Of a stretch of 64,000 bases of DNA, positions 29,767-44,030 are shown one piece after another (the stretch's first letter is position 1; every line of letters begins with the position of its first letter). The notes beneath the pieces were generated by a model that was not told the origin of the DNA, did no database searches, and saw only the letters and a program-made list of their open reading frames with translations. The stretch spans positions 1,116,001 through 1,180,000 of the forward strand of contig MU054212.1 in assembly GCA_013239625.1 (NCBI GenBank). The letters run 5' to 3'. The translations under genes were made by a program, and so were the position numbers. Source of the stretch: Lama guanicoe (taxonomy: Eukaryota).

Positions 29767-31942
29767 CTTCACAGTTTAATTTTGAAAGCAACATACTCCT
29801 GTAGTTTCCTCAGGCTGTTGTCTGCCTGGATAACTCAGGAGCGCTTCCGCATCCCCAGCTCTTGGGTGTACTCACACCTGCACGTGTGCTCCCTGAAGAG
29901 AGCTGGCTCTGGACACAGGTGGAGCGGAGTTTGAATACTAGTCAGTTGCTCACTTGTTGATCAAGCTACTTAACCTCCTTGAACTTCAATTTCTTCATCT
30001 ACAAATGGAACTCATACTTATGTACCTCAGAGTTTTTGAAAGGATTAAAAGAAATAATTTTGATTCAAATATTACTTGGTTTATTTTTTTCTTTTTTTTC
30101 CATTCAGAGCTTAGTTTTGACTCATCTTTGTAGTTCCAGAGCCCAGTTCCATCCTGGGCACTTAGTAGTTGCCAAATGAATGTTCACTGACTAGTTTTCT
30201 GTCCTGGGAAGGGCAGCGTGGCATTGCCCTGCTGTGCACTGAACCCCAGCTGGGGTCAGCTTGGTAGGGATGGCCCATCCAGAAATGCCCGGTGTGTGAT
30301 AGTTGAATGCCATTCAGTTGGGGAAATGAGGAGATGTATGCAGAGCAGAACCTCTGACACTATGGTTTCTGTGTAAATATGCTAAATGGAGTGATACAGG
30401 GAAAGAACTATTGATGCAGAAAGGGGAGAGTTTGAGATGGGTGTAATGAGCGTCCAGATCTCTCTCTACACACAGACACATGTGCGCACTGTTCATGAAA
30501 GATTGATTGACCTTTTCCCTCATTGGTGTCTTGACTGTGTGCTCACATCGCTGTAAATGTCTGAGTTCAGAACTGGGGGCCTGTTTCGTTCCTATGAGAT
30601 TCCCCCCTATTAGATGTTGAGCTACTTGAGAACAGGAATTGGAGACACCGTGACGTGTATCTTCCTTGGCTGCCTAGTGAGCGTTTGTGGGTGGTGATGC
30701 AGGATTGAGTGCTACAGTCTGAACCTTCCTGACAACAGGGTAAAGTGTTACTGTGGGCGTGAACAGTTGTGGGGTCCAGCCATGGCTTTGGTTAATGAGT
30801 CATTTGGCTCCCACTATTCCTGAGTCACAGACTGTCCTGAAGCCCTCCTCGCTGACTCATCTGGGCCCTCTGTTGAGTCCTGGACGCCTCCTGCAGGGGC
30901 CGTGCATCACTGAAAGAGCTGAGGAATATAATGATAGCGGCTGGTCTTCAGAGAAGCTAGTAGCCCTCCTACGAACCTGCAGGCCCTCTCCTGGCTGCCT
31001 TGGGGAGAAGACGCAGTAGGGCATTGGGAAGGGAGTAGCCGGGGAGCTGCAGAGGGATGCTCAGAGAGGAGGGCCGAGTGCAGGGCAGGGAGAGAGCAGC
31101 GCTGGCACCTGCAGAGCAAGAAGGGACTGCTCCTGGGCATGCATCATTGAGGGCAGGCTGTGTCGGGTCTTCTGGGCATTTGAATTTATATTTATTATTG
31201 ATGTATGATGCTTCATACCTCTCATTGCTGTATTTAGGATGTAATCTGCCTCCCTTTTATCCTGATGATGCTTTTAGGTGCTCTTACCAGCTGCTTGTGG
31301 CGTCAGATTGGCAGACATTGAAAGAGATCTTTAGTGGAAGGAAAAACTAAATGTATTTAACTGGGAAAAAGTGGAACAGACATTGGAGAGTCTTCTAGGT
31401 TCTGGAGAGAGCTGGATGAATGCACATGTTGGGGGTGTGTCTAAAGAGAATGTCTAAAGTGTTGAGAGAAGAGATATGATGACCAGCAGCAGTCAGAGAA
31501 CAGCACTGACTGCTGGAGAGTGAGGGGGTCGCAGAGGGCGGGAGCTCTCCCAAGTCAGTTGCTAGCGACTGCGAGTTTGTCTGGACCCAGGTGGGTGGAT
31601 GCAGGAGGATGAAGTACGGTCCCTGTCCTGTCCAGCTTACCTGTACCAAGGAGCTAGATGAGCAAACCATTAGGATACAGCAAGTTGTATTGCACTCATG
31701 TGCAGACAGTGCTGTAGCAAAGGTGGGTGTGAGTGAGCTCTCTCTGGTGGGTCCTTTTGACTGAGCATCTTGCAAAGATGTGAGGGAAATGGGGCTCTTT
31801 TCCCAGAAATCTTGAAATCACTGTATTTTCTCCTGCTTAATCTATTTAAAATAACTGAAGTAAAAAGATGCTTTTGAATTACGATGCACGTGATGTTAAT
31901 GACAGATCTTAGCCAGTAACCCTGTTTTCACTTTCTCCTTAG

Positions 31943-32074
<132 letters not shown>

Positions 32075-33969
32075 TAGCATTAATACATCAGCTTATGTCC
32101 TGCTGAATGTCCCGCTCCTTAACCTTGCAAGTGTGGATGTGTTGCTGTGCACGCTGCCATGATTAACGCTGTTCAGTTTGTGTCTTTGTGAAATGCTGCT
32201 GCGTTTTGTAATCCTAGAACTTCGGTTGTTACCTTAGCACCAAGTAGTGATGCTTATCTCAGTGAGTTCTCATGGCTTCCTTCTAATAGTTTGTTCCTTA
32301 TAACGTTTTGATTTTAGGATAATAGGTAAAGTTTAATGAATTGAGTAAAACCATTTGTGAATATTTTATTGGACTGGTTATTAGAATTGAGAACTCTTTT
32401 CTCTTCCCTCCTACCATTGTTTACCTGAGAAGAAAAAGACGGTGCAGGAGAGGGTTGTGCACATGGGTGTCCGTCCCAGCTCTCCTGCCCGCTGACTCGG
32501 TCGGAGACCTCGCCCTCGTAGCTGTCGGTGCTCGAGCGCCTCCCCCGGCAGCGGCTGCGCAGTCTAGATGAAATTTCGCGGACGACAATCAGGCTGGGTG
32601 CCCGGTACACAGGAGGCCCCACACACATTAGCTGCTTCCTCCTCTCCCTCACTCCTGGAGATGAATTTATAGACAGACTTGGAGGCGTTTATTTGCCTAA
32701 GATTTACCCCCCTACCCACCTCCCCAGAGTTGTTGCTAAGACTTTTCTGGCTGACTGCACTAAAAGACATTAGTGATGGCATAATCCTTCAGTGTGACAG
32801 TTGCTCAGTTGTGCTGAGAAGTGTAAACACAACTTTGGACCTGAAGCAACAAATTTTAGTAAAGGATTCATACTTTTTTGAGTTTGAGCCTAAGACTGCA
32901 AGGTCACTTCGTGTGGCACATGTAAAAGGAAGGAAGGGAGGAGTGGAGGCGGGAGGAAAGATGAGGTGGGGATGGGGATCAGAAGGGGGATTGGGCCTGG
33001 GCAGGCCGTGTGTGCAGAGACGGGGGTGGGCGCACCTGGGGAGGCAGGGGACGCCCGTCATGTTGGACCTTCTGCTGCCTGCTACTCGCTCGCCTGCTGT
33101 AGACACAATTGTCTTCCTGAATCTTTTTAAAAGAAGAGTGCAAACTAAAAGATTGGGAACTGCCCATTAAACAGTATTACATCTCAAACTCCTGCTATGA
33201 TTTAGGGAGGGGAGATGAGGTATGACCCAATGGGAACTGTATTTTTCTGCAGTCTGAATTCTGCTGGAGCTCTGGGTAGCAGCCTTAGTGTAGAATGGGG
33301 TGTGAAACCCATTATCATTGTGATGTTTTGAGTGCGACAAGGCATCTCCGATTTCACAAGCAATGAAGCAGTATAGAACTTGAATTAAAGGAACTAGCTT
33401 TGCTGGCCTTTGATTTTTCTTGTTTAAGATGCTGTTTTTGTTTTCTTCCAGTTTTATTAAGATGTAGTTGACATGTAACATTGTATTTAAGGTAGACAAC
33501 ATAAAAATTTGAACATGTATATTGCAAAATGATTATGGTAGCCTTTTTTGCGTGCACCGTTTCCAGGTCTGTGGCGGGGTAGAATGTTAGAGCCCAAGGA
33601 AGCTTAGAAACCATGGAACCAGCACTAAGGGCTCCGGAAGGTCAGCTTGAGGGGAAAACAGCAGAGTCAGAACTCAGCCTCATTCAAGTTCACTGCTGCC
33701 TTCCACCTGTTTTTGCATTTAATTTAGATGTTACTCTGATGTCTACTTTAGGATGGAAATAATCAGCCCCAATTTTTATTCTAAAATATATCATCTTCAT
33801 GTCATATCATATCCCATGAATTTGACACTACATTTCCTGGATGTATGGATCCCTGTCACCCCTGTAGTTCAGATGGTCTAAAATGACACGACTACTTCAC
33901 GATGCACCCAGATACCAGGTTTTTTCTGGAGGGGATACCGTGGACAGGAAGGAGACTTCTGCCCTCAGT

Positions 33970-34110
33970 TCTCCCTCTTGTTAGTTCTGTGACCTTGAGC
34001 AAGTCACACAGCCTCTTCATGCCTTAGACTTTCTCTTTGATAAAGTGAGGACACCATCTGCCACCTTTTCAAGGCTGCAGTAGGATTAGAGAGAATTTAC
34101 TCATGTGCCC
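33970..34110 (+). mobile_element. MIR fragment
   Basis: tgtgaccttgagcaagtcac...gtaggattagagag, MIR core-like. Confidence 0.6.
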
Positions 34111-34359
34111 AGAGCGCAGAGGGAATGGTTCAGTGGACGGGAGGTACTGTTACTGCCCATGGGGATAAGATTCCTGCATGCTCGCTGCTGCTGCTGCTTC
34201 CAGGATGCCAGCCTGACGGTGTTTTGATCCAGGGAAGATGGGGTCCTTTCCCCACTCCTGCAGAGGGAGGGCGGCAAGTACTTAATTTCTGACTGGCTTG
34301 CTCACTGCTTCTCATTGTTGCTAATGAACAGTAATCATTAACGCGCAGGTGGGTGCTGA

Positions 34360-34821
<462 letters not shown>

Positions 34822-36420
34822 TAGACCACGGCGCCCCCTTCTCTGTCTCACGAGTTAGCGCACACACATGCGCGGATGGGAGAGCGATGACAGGAATTGT
34901 CCTTGTCACAGTTCCCTACAGCATGTAATGTTTTGTGCTGCAAGTAAGAAGCAGCTGAGCATTGCTCTCACCGGCCCGGCTGAACGTCGGGAAGTTCAGT
35001 GCCGCTGGCCCCGCGCCTGCCCCGCATTCCCCGGGGTGGCAGCTGGCTTGGTCACATGCTGGGACTTGGAAAAGCTTATTGTGATGTTCTCTCTGTTTTC
35101 GTGCATTTTGTCCAAAACAGCCTCAGCCTACCCTCAAGCCTCTCCTTTATTTTCTCAACTGTACTTTTCATTCATTAGAAATCTAAACAATCTTTAAAAA
35201 TGTAACATATCTATTAAATTGTGTTAATATTTTTGTTTGGATCGTTAGTGCTCGGGTTACGAAGCTGCACCGATTTTGAGTAGTCCGTTCCCACCTTGTT
35301 TTACCTGCTACCCGTTATAATTACAGTGTGATTTTTGCAGAACACAAGGTAATTTCAACACTGCATATCATTATGGCAGAAACACCTGTAATTTCTGATA
35401 GGAATATGAATGCGTTGCCTTTTGGCCCTTCTGTGAGGAGATAGTTAAAGACGTGCCGCCACCTGGTGGACAAGACGGTTGTCTGCGCCCTGGGCTACAA
35501 GACACTCGGGGATGCAGAAGTGCCCAGGTGGGAATTGAGGAGCCCCAGGTGGCTGCACATTTGCTGCCTCTAACGATGAAATCTCCTTAAACACCCATGT
35601 AAGTGATTCTTTTCCTTAAAATTCAAGACTCATCCAAACATTATTTTAAATATCTCCTCTTTTCTCTGAATATTTGGATTTAACAAAACATCTCCTGACG
35701 TTCCATCCCCTTAAATGATCTCTTTAAGGTGGAGTTCACAGTGGCCTGTATGTATATCCCAGGTGTTCTAGAACTGCGGCCCTTTAGCGGTCCAGGTGGA
35801 AGCCCCGTGTCCCCGCAGGCCCTCCTCCAGTCCCCGCAGGATGGGCGTTTTTCTGTGGCTCTGCAGCTGTTTGAATAGGAGTATTTCCAGGACGCTGCTT
35901 GGTATACTTTAAGGGTTGGTTTACAGAGCTGGCAGCATCTCAGGTGAAAGTAGCAGCTGTTTCCGGAGTGGCCTCGTGCGCTCAGCACCTTCATGAACCC
36001 AGCAGAGTGCTGCACGACTCAGCAGTTGTTCAGGTGGAATGGGGCCATGTAGCCCGTGTGGGCAGCTATCCCTTTTCTGACCTTTGTTGAGCATAGAACA
36101 TGAAATAAAGGTACATTGTGGCCACATAGAGGAGCATTTATTCCCCAGAGACTGGAATTCCCAGGACCACACCAGCCGTAGGAGATGGTAAAGCGTGGAA
36201 GACACTGGTCTCCACCTCTACCCAGGGATATTGTGCAGATATGTGTGAATGGCTCCACTGCAGAGGGGACACAGGAGAGGGCAGGGTCCCTTCCGTCCAG
36301 CTGTCAGAGAAGGCACCTCGCAGGAGCTGCCTTTTGAGTTACATGTGGGCAGGCAGAGCTGGAGGAGACGGCTGTTCAGGGACCAGAAATACTGCCACCA
36401 GGAGTTTAATTCCTTGCACT

Positions 36421-36972
36421 ATTTTTTAAAATTTAGTAAAATATACATAACATAAAATCTACCATTTTCACCATTTTTAAGTGTGTAGTTCAGTGGCATT
36501 AAGTTCTTTCACATCATTAAGCAGCCATGACCAGCATCCATCTCCCGGACTATTTTAACCATCGCAGGCTGAAACCCTGTGCCCATTAAACAGTACCTCC
36601 CGGCTCCACCAACCCCAGCCCCTAACAACACACTGTTCTGCCTTCTGTCTGTATTCATTTGACTATTCTAGGTGCCTCGTACAAGTGGACTCATACAGCA
36701 TTTGTTGTTTGTATCTGGCTTATTTCTCTTAGCATGATGTCCTCACGGTTCATCCGAGTTGTAGCATGTATCAGAATTCCATTTGTTTTTAAGGCTAAAT
36801 ATATTCCCTTATATGAATATAGCACATTTTGTTCATTGTCGATGGACCCTTGGGTTGTCCTGTCCCACCCTTTAGCCATAGTGAGTGATGCTGCTGTGAA
36901 CGTGGTTCTCTTTGAGACCCCAGTTTCATTCCCAGTGGGCGTGTCACCTAGAGGTGGAGTTGCTGAATTGTA
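36421..36972 (-). mobile_element. Old L1 (L1MB-like) 3' end
   Basis: aaatatacataacataaaat...gttcagtggcattaag; ORF 36691..36879 resembles L1 ORF2 end. Confidence 0.8.
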
Positions 36973-38784
36973 TTCTTGTACTATTCTTGTAACTTCAAAA
37001 CTTACAGAAGAGTTGCATAAAAACCAGAAGTTATCCCCAAAGATTAGAATGTCACTTACAGGGTGATGTAAACTTAGTCTTTATGGATGAGCCAAGCATT
37101 GCAAGTTCTGTGTAGGTCTCGGATTTAGGGTAGATCAGAGATGCTCATGCTTTTAACCATCTGCTTCTTTTCAAGCAGCTGTGTCTGTAACTGTCCCGAG
37201 AGGAGGTGGTGTATATTCTTCGGGATCTGAGGTATCAGTGTTGTAGGTGGTCCAGATCCCGATACTGATGCTGCTTGACTCTCTCACGTACCCACATTTG
37301 CTCATTCTTTTATTAGAATTTTATGACTATGTAATAATTTTGTCAGTTATCTTAGGAGACCTCAGGCTCAAGGCAGCAGAAATTATTCTTTTTCATTGAT
37401 TTACTGTGTGACCTTGGGCAAGTCTTTTAACTTACCTAGACCTTTGCATCCTCTGATCTGTAACATGAGGGAATTATTTTACAAAACAATCACCAGGCTT
37501 CCTTCCGGTTTTGAAATTTATAAGTGCAACAGATGAGACCATTTTGGATGGCTCAGACAGCCACATCTGGACCAGTTACTCCCGTACCCGGAAATGGGGT
37601 TCACACTCCCTCTGAATATTCAGCCTAATCCCACTCACCCCCAGGAGAAGTCTGCCTTTCCCGTCACCTCGACGTCCTCCGCTTTCCCAGCCTCGATGCT
37701 TGTGCTGCTTTGACCCTCCAACAGCTGCCCATTCTCTGACAGCCGTGGCCCCGTGCCCACCTTGACCAAGCCCCCGAGTACAAGTGTAGGGCTGCCCAGT
37801 TTTAGGACTGCTCGAATAAAGAAGGAAGATCTAGCAAATCAATGGACATTCCAATGGGGGGGATTGAAAAACAACATGTGGCAAAGACAAAAACAACCCC
37901 CAAATTAATAGAAATGAATTCAGTGCCATGGGGGCTGAGGAAAGAATGACAGAGGAGTCAGTCAGGTGTCAGCCAGGAGGTGGGGCTGCAGCCAGCTGTG
38001 AAGTGTGGAGAAGGGAGAGCAGGTGAAGCCGAGGAAGTAGGGTGCAGTCTCTGCCTGCTGGCTTGGGGTGGGATGAAGGGTGTGCAGACCATCGAGATCT
38101 TACCCTCCTCCAGGCTCAGCTTGACTCCTAGATCCTCAGAGCTCCCCTGATCCCTCCAAAGAGGAACAATCCCTGCCCTTCTTGAGCGTTTCCAAAAGTA
38201 CTTCGGTGCTCGGACTCTGAAGCCTCTTAACACTGTATCCCTGTGGCTGCGGGACTGTGTGTCACATCTCTCTGGCTGAAACGCACGTGTCTTCAGGGTG
38301 TAAGCGTGTGCGTTTCCTCTTTGCATTCTTGCTGGTGGCAAGTGTCCACGGAACGTGTGCAGGACTAATTCGTGACTTCCCTTCCAGCTGTGGGACATCC
38401 TGTGAAAAGAGGCCGTGAGGCTTTCGCAGTCCTCCTGGCTCCTAATTGTCCTTTCCTAAATTCCTTTTTATTTCATTTTCCGAGTGTGGGGGCTCCAACT
38501 GGAGCAGCTGTGCTCTGTGACAATATAAGAGAGGGTTGTCACGTGCAAGACTGTCTCCCCACAAAAGGACTAGGACCGTTGTCTTCCCACTTGTCTCCCC
38601 AAAGCTGTGGGAACGTGGCATCAGGGAAATGGTTGCTGAATCAGTGGAGTGACAGTCAGCAGGATGGTGTAGCCCCTGTGTAACAGTCTTTAAAAATACT
38701 TGCTTCTGTTTTTTCCTTTACTGACACTTTCCACGTATCATCAGCCTCGGTTTCCCTGGGTGGCCCTTTCCCCCTAGCGCTTAA

Positions 38785-38964
<180 letters not shown>

Positions 38965-39690
38965 TAGTAACTGTTACTGCTTTGGGCAGGTTTAGGAAAT
39001 CCTCAGAGCTGGTGACCTGCTTGCTGTGCAACATGCAGTTCCTGACTGGAAACAACTTACGCCCATGCCATTCGCCTGCTCTGAGTGCGAAGTGTTGTGG
39101 CAAATAATAATTAAAGGAATTGTTTCTTTGAATAGAGACATCACAGACCTTGCAGAGCTAATGGGCATGTCTGGAGAGGAAGAGCATCTTGTCTAAAGGG
39201 TTAGGTGCTTTCAGAAGAATGCAAATTAGCATGGAATTTTCCATGATTTTAGTTTTAGTTTTTACTGAATAAAAGTTTAATGACTTAGGGTGAGTAAACG
39301 AGTCTGTAGTGTGGAACACCACTGAGAGCACTGGGACTAAGCAGAAAGCCAGAGGTCGGAACTGTAGCTAAAAGGCGTGTAGTATTGCGCCCTCCATACA
39401 CACCCACTGAGTTACTGCTTGTTACCCAGCTTTTATAAACTCGTTTGATTTAAACTGAAATGGATCTAGTTCCATCCTGAAGTGTTCAAATATACTCTGG
39501 ATCTTAATAGTAGATTGAGTTGAGTAATGAGAGAAAGGCATATCTACCGATACGTTAAAAACGGAAAAGCAAAAATTGCTTAGGAATGTTCTGTTTTAGC
39601 TTTGGGGCAGGGGGGTTGTGCACATCCAATATGAACTATGCATTTTTCAATGTCTCCAAAATATTTTTATATGATTTTTTTTTAACGTAG

Positions 39691-39846
<156 letters not shown>

Positions 39847-40069
39847 TAAAACTATACACAGCAGCTTGTTCCTTCAGTGTCTTCCTGATATTGTCTGATT
39901 CAGAGAGTACACAGCTGTCATGCTTGGACAGACAGTGTAGTGATTCAGAAAATTCAGTGGCTTAGCTGGTAGGTCTAGAAGCCCTGGAAAGGACAGGCCT
40001 GCGTTGCTAGCAGCGTGTGGTGATGCACGCTGATTCAGTGGTGCTAATCCTGGAGTAATCTCTCCGCAG

Positions 40070-40410
40070 ATTACTTTTGCCTGTCCTTGGACTTCACACG
40101 AGCGGAATCAGAGTGTGTGTCCTTTTTAGCGCGTGGCTTCATTTGTCCAGCATCGTGTCTGGGAGGTGGACCCACGTTGTGGCCTGTTCAGTAGAGCGTT
40201 CCTTTCGCCTGCGGCGGTAGGTGTGCCGTCGTGTGGCGACACCTGTACCACAGTTTGTTCATTCTCTTCCTACTGGACGTGCGGGTTGTCCCCTGGCTTT
40301 TAGTGGCTGTGAGCACGGCTGGTGCTCATGTAAAGTGTGCAGCCTGAGCGTGCTGGTCTTGTGTGTGGAGTTACGTTCTGATTTCAGCAGATACTCGGGA
40401 GTGTAATTAG
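40070..40410 (-). mobile_element. Highly degraded L1M fragment
   Basis: tggcttcatttgtccagcatcgtgtctgggag...ccacagtttgttcattctc. Confidence 0.5.
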
Positions 40411-40897
40411 AAGCTTACCTTTTTGATTCACATACTAAAAAAACCGTAAGACCCTAAGTTAGGGTAAATATAACCTTCATGGTGTGAAAAGTTCATGGGG
40501 ATAGTAAACCTTTAGGTAAAATAAAGCTTTATTGGTTTTAAAGAAATGCTGTGGCATTTCTTCTAAAGGTGTATGTGCAGACATTTGAATGCCACTTCCT
40601 AGGCTGGCAAATTATTTGGTTCGCTCCATCCTGCAACCCAGGGAAGTAGGAAAAAGGCCGACAACACTGTCGTGCCCATTTTGCAGTGAGCAAGCAGGCA
40701 TTCAGAGCAGTTCGGTGGCTGGTCCAGCTCCCGTGGGGGCGAGTGTCGCTGCGGCTGGCCTGAGGATGGCGCTTGGAGGAGTAGAGCTTCAGGCCGACCT
40801 GCAGGCCACTTCGTCTCCCCGGGAGCACGGAGTTATTTAAATCGTGCTGCTAGACGATTAAAAGATGAGACTGTTACGTTGAAATATAAACTACATG

Positions 40898-41210
40898 CAG
40901 TCGTCCCTGGGCATCCCTGGGGGATTGGTTCTAGGACACCCCCCCCCCGCAGGTACCAGACTCTGTGGCTGCTTAAACCCCTTATATAACCTGGAGTAAT
41001 ACTTGCTTATACCCTCCAGGCACTTTCCCCTTTACTTTAAATCATCTCTGGATAATTTATAATGGCTGATATGTAAATAGTCGCTGAATGTGCAGCAAAT
41101 TCAAGTTGTGCTTATTGGAACTTACTGGAATTTTTTTTCCCTGGAGTATTTTCAGTCCAGAGTTGGTTGTATCCATGCATGTGGAACCTGCAGATATGGA
41201 AAGCCGACTG
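40898..41210. mobile_element. MER2-like TcMar-Tigger non-autonomous DNA transposon
   Basis: Terminal inverted repeats cagtcg...cgactg followed by TA; internal tttaaatcatctctgga and ttggttgtatccatg typical of MER2. Confidence 0.8.
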
Positions 41211-42299
41211 TACACCCCAAAAGATGGTTTTATAGGGAGTGATTCTCTTTGGAAATGTATTCTTACTCACTTTTTCAGAAGTAATTTGTATTAATAGTTT
41301 GGATTTACTCAAAAATAGTGTGTTGGTGACTAGAAAATTTGTCAGATTTCTCTAGTCGTACTGTTTTTGATCAAATACAGTGTTATCCCTTGAATCGTAT
41401 ACTTTTATCATCAGACTCCCCTGCTGATGCCTCTTGCTTATTTTAAAAAAAAAAAACTATCTTAAAGGTCAAAAAGTTTGTCAGTGTTGATATTCCAGAG
41501 ATCAAAGTCATACAACTCCAAAAGGAGCTGTGCACAGAGGCCCTGCAATTAGAACAGGTTTGTAACCCTCCTAAGGGAACAGCTTGAAAGGAAACAAAAT
41601 TTTCTTGGATGTACAAGTTCTGCTCTGTTGTTTAAAAAGATAAGCAAAATTTAAAAATCCATCCCTTGTTGATGCAAGTCTGGAATGTCTACCCATGTTT
41701 AACTCAAAGGGACAGTAGAGAATTTTAGGTTTTCTTTTTAATGCACAAGTGCCAAATCATGTATTTAAGGATATTAAACACACACATGCAAATATAAAAC
41801 AGTAATTGGCAGACACAAGAATGGTTGTCACTTAACGTGACTGAATACCCTCTGAACTCCTTTCCAGGCATCAAAATAAGCAACGAAGATGTGGTCTCAG
41901 GGAGGGAGGTGGGCTCTGGGGTGAATATGAAATAATTCTCTAGTATTTTTGTTATAAGTTAGCCCAGTTCAGAGAGATGTTAACTAGGTTAGCTTGTTCC
42001 CCAGTGTTAAGCAGTAATGATCCAAATTGATCCAATCATGTAGAACACAGTGAAGATCTTTGTAGAGAAATAGTTAAGTTACAGGAAAAAAAAAAAAAAC
42101 AAACAAACCTGATAGTGGGTGATAGAGGTCCCTTCCCATCAAGCCCGCCCACTCTTGTGCATTCAGCTTACTGGGGTCCCCATCTGTGACGCCCTTCGTC
42201 AGAGCCAGTTGGATTCTTGTATCCTTGTCTTGTGGTTTCATTTGTGCCCTTCCCCCATCTACTCGCCCCTCTCCACTCCCTTCTTCCTCTGGGTTTTAA

Positions 42300-43010
42300 G
42301 GATGTTTCTGTGTATCCTCAGCATAGCAGTCTGAGTGATCCTATTAAAATCTAAGTCCTGCTGTGTTGTTTCACTTCTGGGACCTTCTGTGGTCTCATCT
42401 TATTCAAAGTAAAAGCCCAGATCCTTTCAGTGGCTACCGTCTGGACAGTGTGTGTCCAGTGCCTTTGCACTTGCCCTTCTCTGCCTGCAAGCTCTTCACG
42501 CAAACATCCACGTGGCTCTTTCACTTGTTTTCTTCAGGTCTTTACTCACCTGACACACCTTAGCCACTGCCTCTCGCCCTCTTCTCCTGCTCACCCGGCT
42601 CTAGCCACATTCCTCCTTACTGTTCTTGAACACATCAGGCCTGAGTGGCCTCAGTGCCTTTGCACTTGCCCTTCTCTGCCTGCAAGCTCTTCACGCGAAC
42701 ATCCACGTGGCTCTTTCACTTGTTTTCTTCAGGTCTTTACTCACCTGTCACTTTTTCAGGGGGACTTAAACTGCACTTTTCCGACACTCATGCACCCCTT
42801 ATCTCCCTTCCTGGATTTATTTTTTACCTTAGCACATAACACTCCTTTAGCACATTTATTTTACCTGTTTGTCTTTTGTATCATCAATCTCCTCGACAAA
42901 ATGTTCATTTCCTAAGGGCAGAAATTTTTTTCTATTTTGTCACTGCTGGCACATGGCACATGTGCTCAGTGAATACTGAATGAATGAGTAGAATGAATGA
43001 ATGAATGAGT
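42300..43010 (+). mobile_element. LINE-2 3' remnant containing a 96-bp duplication
   Basis: aagtaaaagcccag, gcctttgcacttgc, ending in a (tgaa)n L2 tail. Confidence 0.7.
42457..42747 (+). repeat. Direct repeat, 2 x 96 bp (42457-42552; 42652-42747)
   Basis: Copies differ at one position (cacgcAaac vs cacgcGaac); visible as a repeated peptide in ORF 42430..42915. Confidence 0.95.
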
Positions 43011-43185
43011 GCATTCCCCTTTCCTTAACACTGCTGCTGCCGAAGACCTTTTGAGGTCTTTGTATATGGAGGTATTCACAGCTCAGTGTTTTGAGGCCCC
43101 TCCTGCTTTTGTAGATTCAGACTCCATTCTTCACATTGACCTCTTTTCAGTTCTACCCAGCTCTTCCAGTATCTGGAACCTTGAG

Positions 43186-43302
43186 CTGTGTGTGTGTGTG
43201 TGTGTATGTATACTTCCACATACACATACATACACATATACATGTACATACATCTGTAAGTAATACACACATATATAGACATGTATGTGTATATGTGTGT
43301 AT
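43186..43302. repeat. Compound (TG)n/(CA/TA)n microsatellite
   Basis: Alternating purine-pyrimidine tracts. Confidence 0.85.
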
Positions 43303-43597
43303 GTTCTATAAAATCATATCAAATCTCAATATTTTTATTGGTTCACAGAAATAATTACCTCTTTTCCTCCTCTATTAACCCCACTGTGTTTCCAATTCCC
43401 ACCTTTTTTATTTCCTTGGAAAACGTCCGTGTTATCCTCCAGCGTGTGCGCCCATCCCCCAGAGAGAATGGCGAGCTTCCTGAAGTGGAGGGCTCAGGCC
43501 TGATCCCCTCAGAGACCCGTGCAGTACCTTCTACAACCGCGGGAAGGTGCTCACTGCATGGCTTTTTAAATTAATATGATGCAATTAAAAGATGTTG

Positions 43598-44030
43598 ATA
43601 GACTTTACTTTTTAGAGCAGTTTTAGATTCACAGCAAAATTGAGCAGAAGGTACAGAGAGTTAGTTCCCACATACCCCACCCCCCCACCAAGCCTCATGC
43701 CTTCCCAGCCGCCAACATCCCCTCCCTCTGTGCTGCATTTGTTAACAACTGATGGGCCAACACTGATGCAGTGTTATCCCCCAAAGTCCATAACTGACAT
43801 TAGGGTTTCTGCTCTGTTTTGTACGTTCTGTGGGATTTAGCCCATGTGTGTTGACCTGTAGCCACTCTCACAGCATCGTACAGCGTGCTTTCACTGCCCT
43901 GACAGCCCCCTGTGCTCTGCCTCCCAGACCTCTGACATCCACCATTGTCTGCCTTTTCCAGAACGTCCTCTAGGTGGAGTCTTCAGCGTGGAGCCTTTTC
44001 AGACTGGCTTCTTGGACGTAGTCACAGTAG
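43598..44030 (-). mobile_element. Old L1 (L1MC-like) 3' end
   Basis: tttttagagcagttttagattcacagcaaaattgagcagaaggtacagagag signature. Confidence 0.78.

Noticed and set aside
37221..37280. HDV/CPEB3-like ribozyme
   Set aside because: The two helices resemble P1/P2 order, but P3, P1.1, P4 and the catalytic J4/2 segment are absent
42430..42915. 161-aa ORF with an internal peptide repeat
   Set aside because: By-product of the 96-bp duplication in an L2 remnant; GTG start and no splice context
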